A program made the position numbers and the translations under genes. Below, piece by piece: positions 52,876-56,015 of a stretch of 56,015 nt of DNA. The stretch comes from Octopus bimaculoides (taxonomy: Eukaryota). Within the stretch, counting starts at the first letter, position 1. Every line of letters begins with the position of its first letter. The notes below the pieces were generated by a model. That model did not search any database and was not told the origin of the DNA. It saw only the letters and a program-made list of their open reading frames with translations. Location: the NCBI RefSeq assembly GCF_001194135.2, contig NC_068992.1:33587195-33643209 (forward strand), read 5' to 3'.

Positions 52876-53092
52876 AACGTTGTAGTATATTGTCAACTTA
52901 ATGTGACAATCCCAAGAAGGGAATACACTACTGCCGTTTAGCCCTAGGAAGCTGGACCGCTTCCTGTCGGCCTTGACACAATTACTGTGTCCTTAAGTTT
53001 GCGAGGGGGAGACAAACTCCTCCACCCAGCCTAGCCAGCATTCAGGGACATGTTTCTGAGTCTTTGCTCATCATCAGCCTCAAGTAGCTCGC
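52876..53092 (-). mobile_element. About 217-bp ORF-less structured element headed by a minimal hammerhead
   Basis: An HHR lies near its 5' end, followed by serial hairpins. Its 3' end abuts (TA)n and its 5' end abuts a Tc1/mariner terminus. Confidence 0.6.
53041..53083 (-). ncRNA. Minimal type I hammerhead ribozyme (43 nt)
   Basis: ttgagg CTGATGA TGAG-caaaga-CTCA GAAA CATG TC cctgaa. The core is intact, helix III is the palindrome ACATGT and helix I is 5 of 6 paired. Predicted cleavage is after GUC at 53047. Confidence 0.88.
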
Positions 53093-53870
53093 CAGGGTAT
53101 GATTAGTAGATTATTGCCATTTTATACTTTTAATTTCACACGTGCAAATTGTTTGTCTTCGAGTTTGTCAACTACACAGTTTAGTAGTGTCGGTTTGGCA
53201 CTGTGTGTGAGAAAAGCAGCAGCATAATGCAAATTTGGGAATGACATGTGTACTGCTTGGAATTTGTGCCAGAAGCTCCAATGCGAACATTTTAGAGTGT
53301 TTGGGTGTCAAACTGAGGTGAGTGCAGAGGATTTGAAAAGAGTTGGATGAGTCTAATGGTGATTAGGAAGGCACAGCAGCTCGGAAAACTCACTCTGATC
53401 GTTCTGATAAGAAAAGAATTCCTGAATTTGTTGGTAAGATCCAGACCGTGATTGTGAATCATCCCTCCAAGTCAATCAGATCGATAGCCAGAGACATGGC
53501 AGTGTCTGAGTTTCTTATCTGGCAGGTAGTGCATGAAGACATTTGGTATTTCTCATACAAGATGAGAAATAGCCAATTTTTATCCCAAGAGGGAAGACTG
53601 TGCTAGAAAGCTTTTGAACAAACTCAAGCATCTCCTCTAACTGAACATGCTTTGGTTTTTCTCAGATGAGAAAAATTTCTGCTAGGATCAGATGGTGAAC
53701 ACACAGAACAACCGTTGGCTTGCCATGTCCCCAAAACGTGCACCGAATGAGATAAAAATCAAACATCCAGTCAACATTATGGTGTTATGAGGGATCACTA
53801 GTGACAGCAACGTTATGCCTCTATTCATTTTCCCACACAGCCTCATACTCAACACAGAAGCCTACATCAA
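53093..53870 (+). mobile_element. Tc1/mariner transposon, 3'-truncated
   Basis: Begins cagggt. Remnants are RIPEFVG..PSKSIRSIARDMAVSEFLI, WFFSDEKNF and KHPVNIMV; interrupted at about 53870. Confidence 0.8.
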
Positions 53871-53879
53871 GCAGGATCA

Positions 53880-54386
53880 TCAGCATAGTCTGTCGACTTA
53901 TAAGATATAATTTCCAGAACTAGACATAAGACGTCCACCCGAAAGGGAACACGTGTAGAGTTCTACAAATTACATTCAGTGTATCCTTTCAAATGTTTCA
54001 GTCTGGCGCGCTAAGTCCGGAAATAACTCTGCAGTTAATAAATTTTTGCAGCTAATTTCGACAGACTACGCTGATGATCCTGCAGATATTTACTTATGTA
54101 AATTTTAACAGGTGAAACTATGGTACGTAGGTTAATCGTTTTTTTTTTATTTAATATTTTTTCATTTGTCTTGCCCTTTTACGGTCTGTTGTGTCGCTGA
54201 ATTTTTACTGAGAACATATTTTTCGTGGTTAGATGATTCGGCATCTATTTCTAGCATATAGGAGTCCACTTTTGCTGGTCATTCCTCTTATTTTTGTATG
54301 TAATATAATTTTAATCTTCGGATTTTTTTAATATGCTAGACCACTGGTTTTAATTGATTAATATCAATTTCTACCCTCATTAATAA

Positions 54387-54390
<4 letters not shown>
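53880..54390 (+). mobile_element. ORF-less structured HHR-bearing element (PLE-derived, inferred)
   Basis: About 185-nt folded leader, then an HHR, then a U-rich tail ending gctagaccactggt..ctaccctc at (TA)n. Confidence 0.6.
54066..54130 (+). ncRNA. Type I hammerhead ribozyme
   Basis: ctacg CTGATGA t-CCTG..(atttac-ttat-gtaaat)..CAGG-t GAAA C-TATG-G TA cgtag. Helix I is a perfect 5 bp and the core is intact. Predicted cleavage is after GUA at 54125. Confidence 0.88.
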
Positions 54391-54419
<29 letters not shown>

Positions 54420-54422
<3 letters not shown>

Positions 54423-54720
54423 TATAGGGTGGCAAAGAAAATTTTAGAAATTTTATTTACCACCAGTGGTCTAGCGAGAGTAAAAACAGTCATATATATA
54501 TAATTTAAAATTATAATATAGGGTATCTAAGAGATACTGCCACGCAGAAAATAACAGTAAAATATTGACTCTAAACCACAATAAATGTTCATATAGCACG
54601 AAGAGCGAAGACGAAGATAAAATAAACTAGCAAAAATACTGAATAATTACAGATCCCGGATTTCTGGCTTTGCATAATAAAATGCTTTGCCTTCATCAGT
54701 GGAATACATTCAGAAAAGCA
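54420..54720 (-). mobile_element. Second ORF-less HHR-bearing element, tail-to-tail with 53880-54390
   Basis: An HHR is followed by a tail ending gctagaccactggt..ccaccctataat (minus strand) at (TA)n. Confidence 0.6.
54647..54704 (-). ncRNA. Type I hammerhead ribozyme
   Basis: ttcca CTGATGA a-GGC-aaa-GCAT-tttatt-ATGC-aaa-GCC-a GAAA TCCGGGA TC tgtaa. Helix I is 4 of 5 paired and helix III is 3 bp. Predicted cleavage is after AUC at 54652. Confidence 0.72.
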
Positions 54721-54829
54721 CATAAATACAAATATATATATCTAAACATACAATATACTTACATATACGAACGTATACATACATATATATGCACGTATGC
54801 ACACGACCAGTTTAAATTGCCTTCACTGC

Positions 54830-55858
54830 AGTCAGTCCAGCGGTGCTGGCAACGATCTCGCTTGAATGTTTTGTTCACATGCCACCGACACAAGTGTCAG
54901 TAAGGCAACACTGGTAACGATCACACTCAAATGGTGCTTTTTACATGCCACCGGCATAGAAGCCAGACCGCTGCTCTGGCAGTGATCCTGCTCGGATGGT
55001 GCTGTTAGTTCTCCACTGGCCTGGGTACCAGTCATCAAATTTGGTTCAGTTACGATTTCACTTGCCCCAACAGTTCTTCGCAAGCAGAGTTTAGTGTCCA
55101 ATGAAGGAAGGTTGGCATGGGTGCCAGTCATTGAATTTGTTTCGATTTCAGTTTCACATGCCTCAACAGGTCTTCGCAAGCAGGGATTTGTGTCCAAAGA
55201 AGGAAAGGTACGCATAAGTGGGCTAGCTACACCCCTGGTAAAGGCCACATGTTATGGTCTCACTTGTCTTGCGAGGCCTTCGCATGCATAGCATATTTCC
55301 AAAGGTCTCGGTCACAAGTCATTGCCTCGGTGAGGCCTAATATTCGAAGGTCATGCTTTCACCACCTCATCCCACGTCGACCTGGGTCTAACTCTTCCAG
55401 AGGTACCCTCAACCACTAGGCTGTGGCACTTTTTCACACAGCTATCCTCATCCATTCTCATCAAATAACCATAGCAGCGCAATCGTCTCTCTTGCACACC
55501 ACAACTGATGCTTCTTAGGTCCAACTTTTCTCTTAAGGTATTTACACTCTGTCGAGTATGCACACTGACATTACCCATCCAGCGGAGTATACTGGCTTCA
55601 TTCCTTGTGAGCTTACGCATATCCTCAGCAGTCATGGCGCATGTTTCACTGCCATGTATCATGGCTGTTCGTACACATGTGTTATACAATCTGCCTTTTA
55701 CACTGAGCGAGAGGCCCTTTGTCACCAGCAGAGGTAAGAGCTCTCTGAACTTTGCCCAGGCTATTCTTATTCTAGCAGCTACACTTTCAGTACAGCCTCC
55801 ACCGCTACTAACTTGGTCACGTAGGTAACGGAAGCTATCAACTACTTCTAGTTTTTCT
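54830..55858 (-). mobile_element. RTE LINE 3' fragment
   Basis: VKGRLYNTCVRTAMIHGSETC..RLRCYG..GRVRPRSTW at 55351-55725, plus the modular 3' UTR. Confidence 0.88.
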
Positions 55859-55974
55859 ATATAGTAAACTATTAAGAATAGATGTTAGACCTTGATCTTA
55901 GCTATAAGACTGATATATGTATATATATATTAAACTGTTAAGAGTAGATATTAGACCTTGATCTTAGCCATAAG

Positions 55975-56015
<41 letters not shown>

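Overview
This is AT-rich, gap-containing eukaryotic genomic DNA made almost entirely of decayed transposable elements and microsatellites. The repeat families look like those of an octopus or other cephalopod assembly (inference from recalled family resemblance, not a search). I could not support any intact host gene, rRNA, tRNA gene or CRISPR array. Retroelements: two Penelope-like element (PLE) bodies of different clades (Naiad-like at 643-2132; Penelope/Poseidon-like at 42020-44150), several RTE LINE copies, two RTE-BovB-like fragments, R4/Dong-type RLE LINE fragments, Tx1-like fragments and two SINE families. DNA transposons: three roughly 1.3 kb mariner relics with TIRs and TA TSDs, a truncated Tc1/mariner and a pogo/Tigger relic. 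The main signal that the ORF track misses is a set of type I hammerhead ribozyme (HHR) motifs read directly from the sequence. Four retain the core: 87-181(-), 53041-53083(-), 54066-54130(+) and 54647-54704(-). Two are point-mutated relics: 37034-37085(+) and 44298-44394(+). One may be split by a microsatellite: 46637-46862(-). Most sit in short, ORF-less, highly structured elements abutting (TA)n tracts, and three cluster within 1.7 kb (52.9-54.7 kb). HHRs in PLEs are known; these particular variants and arrangements may not be.
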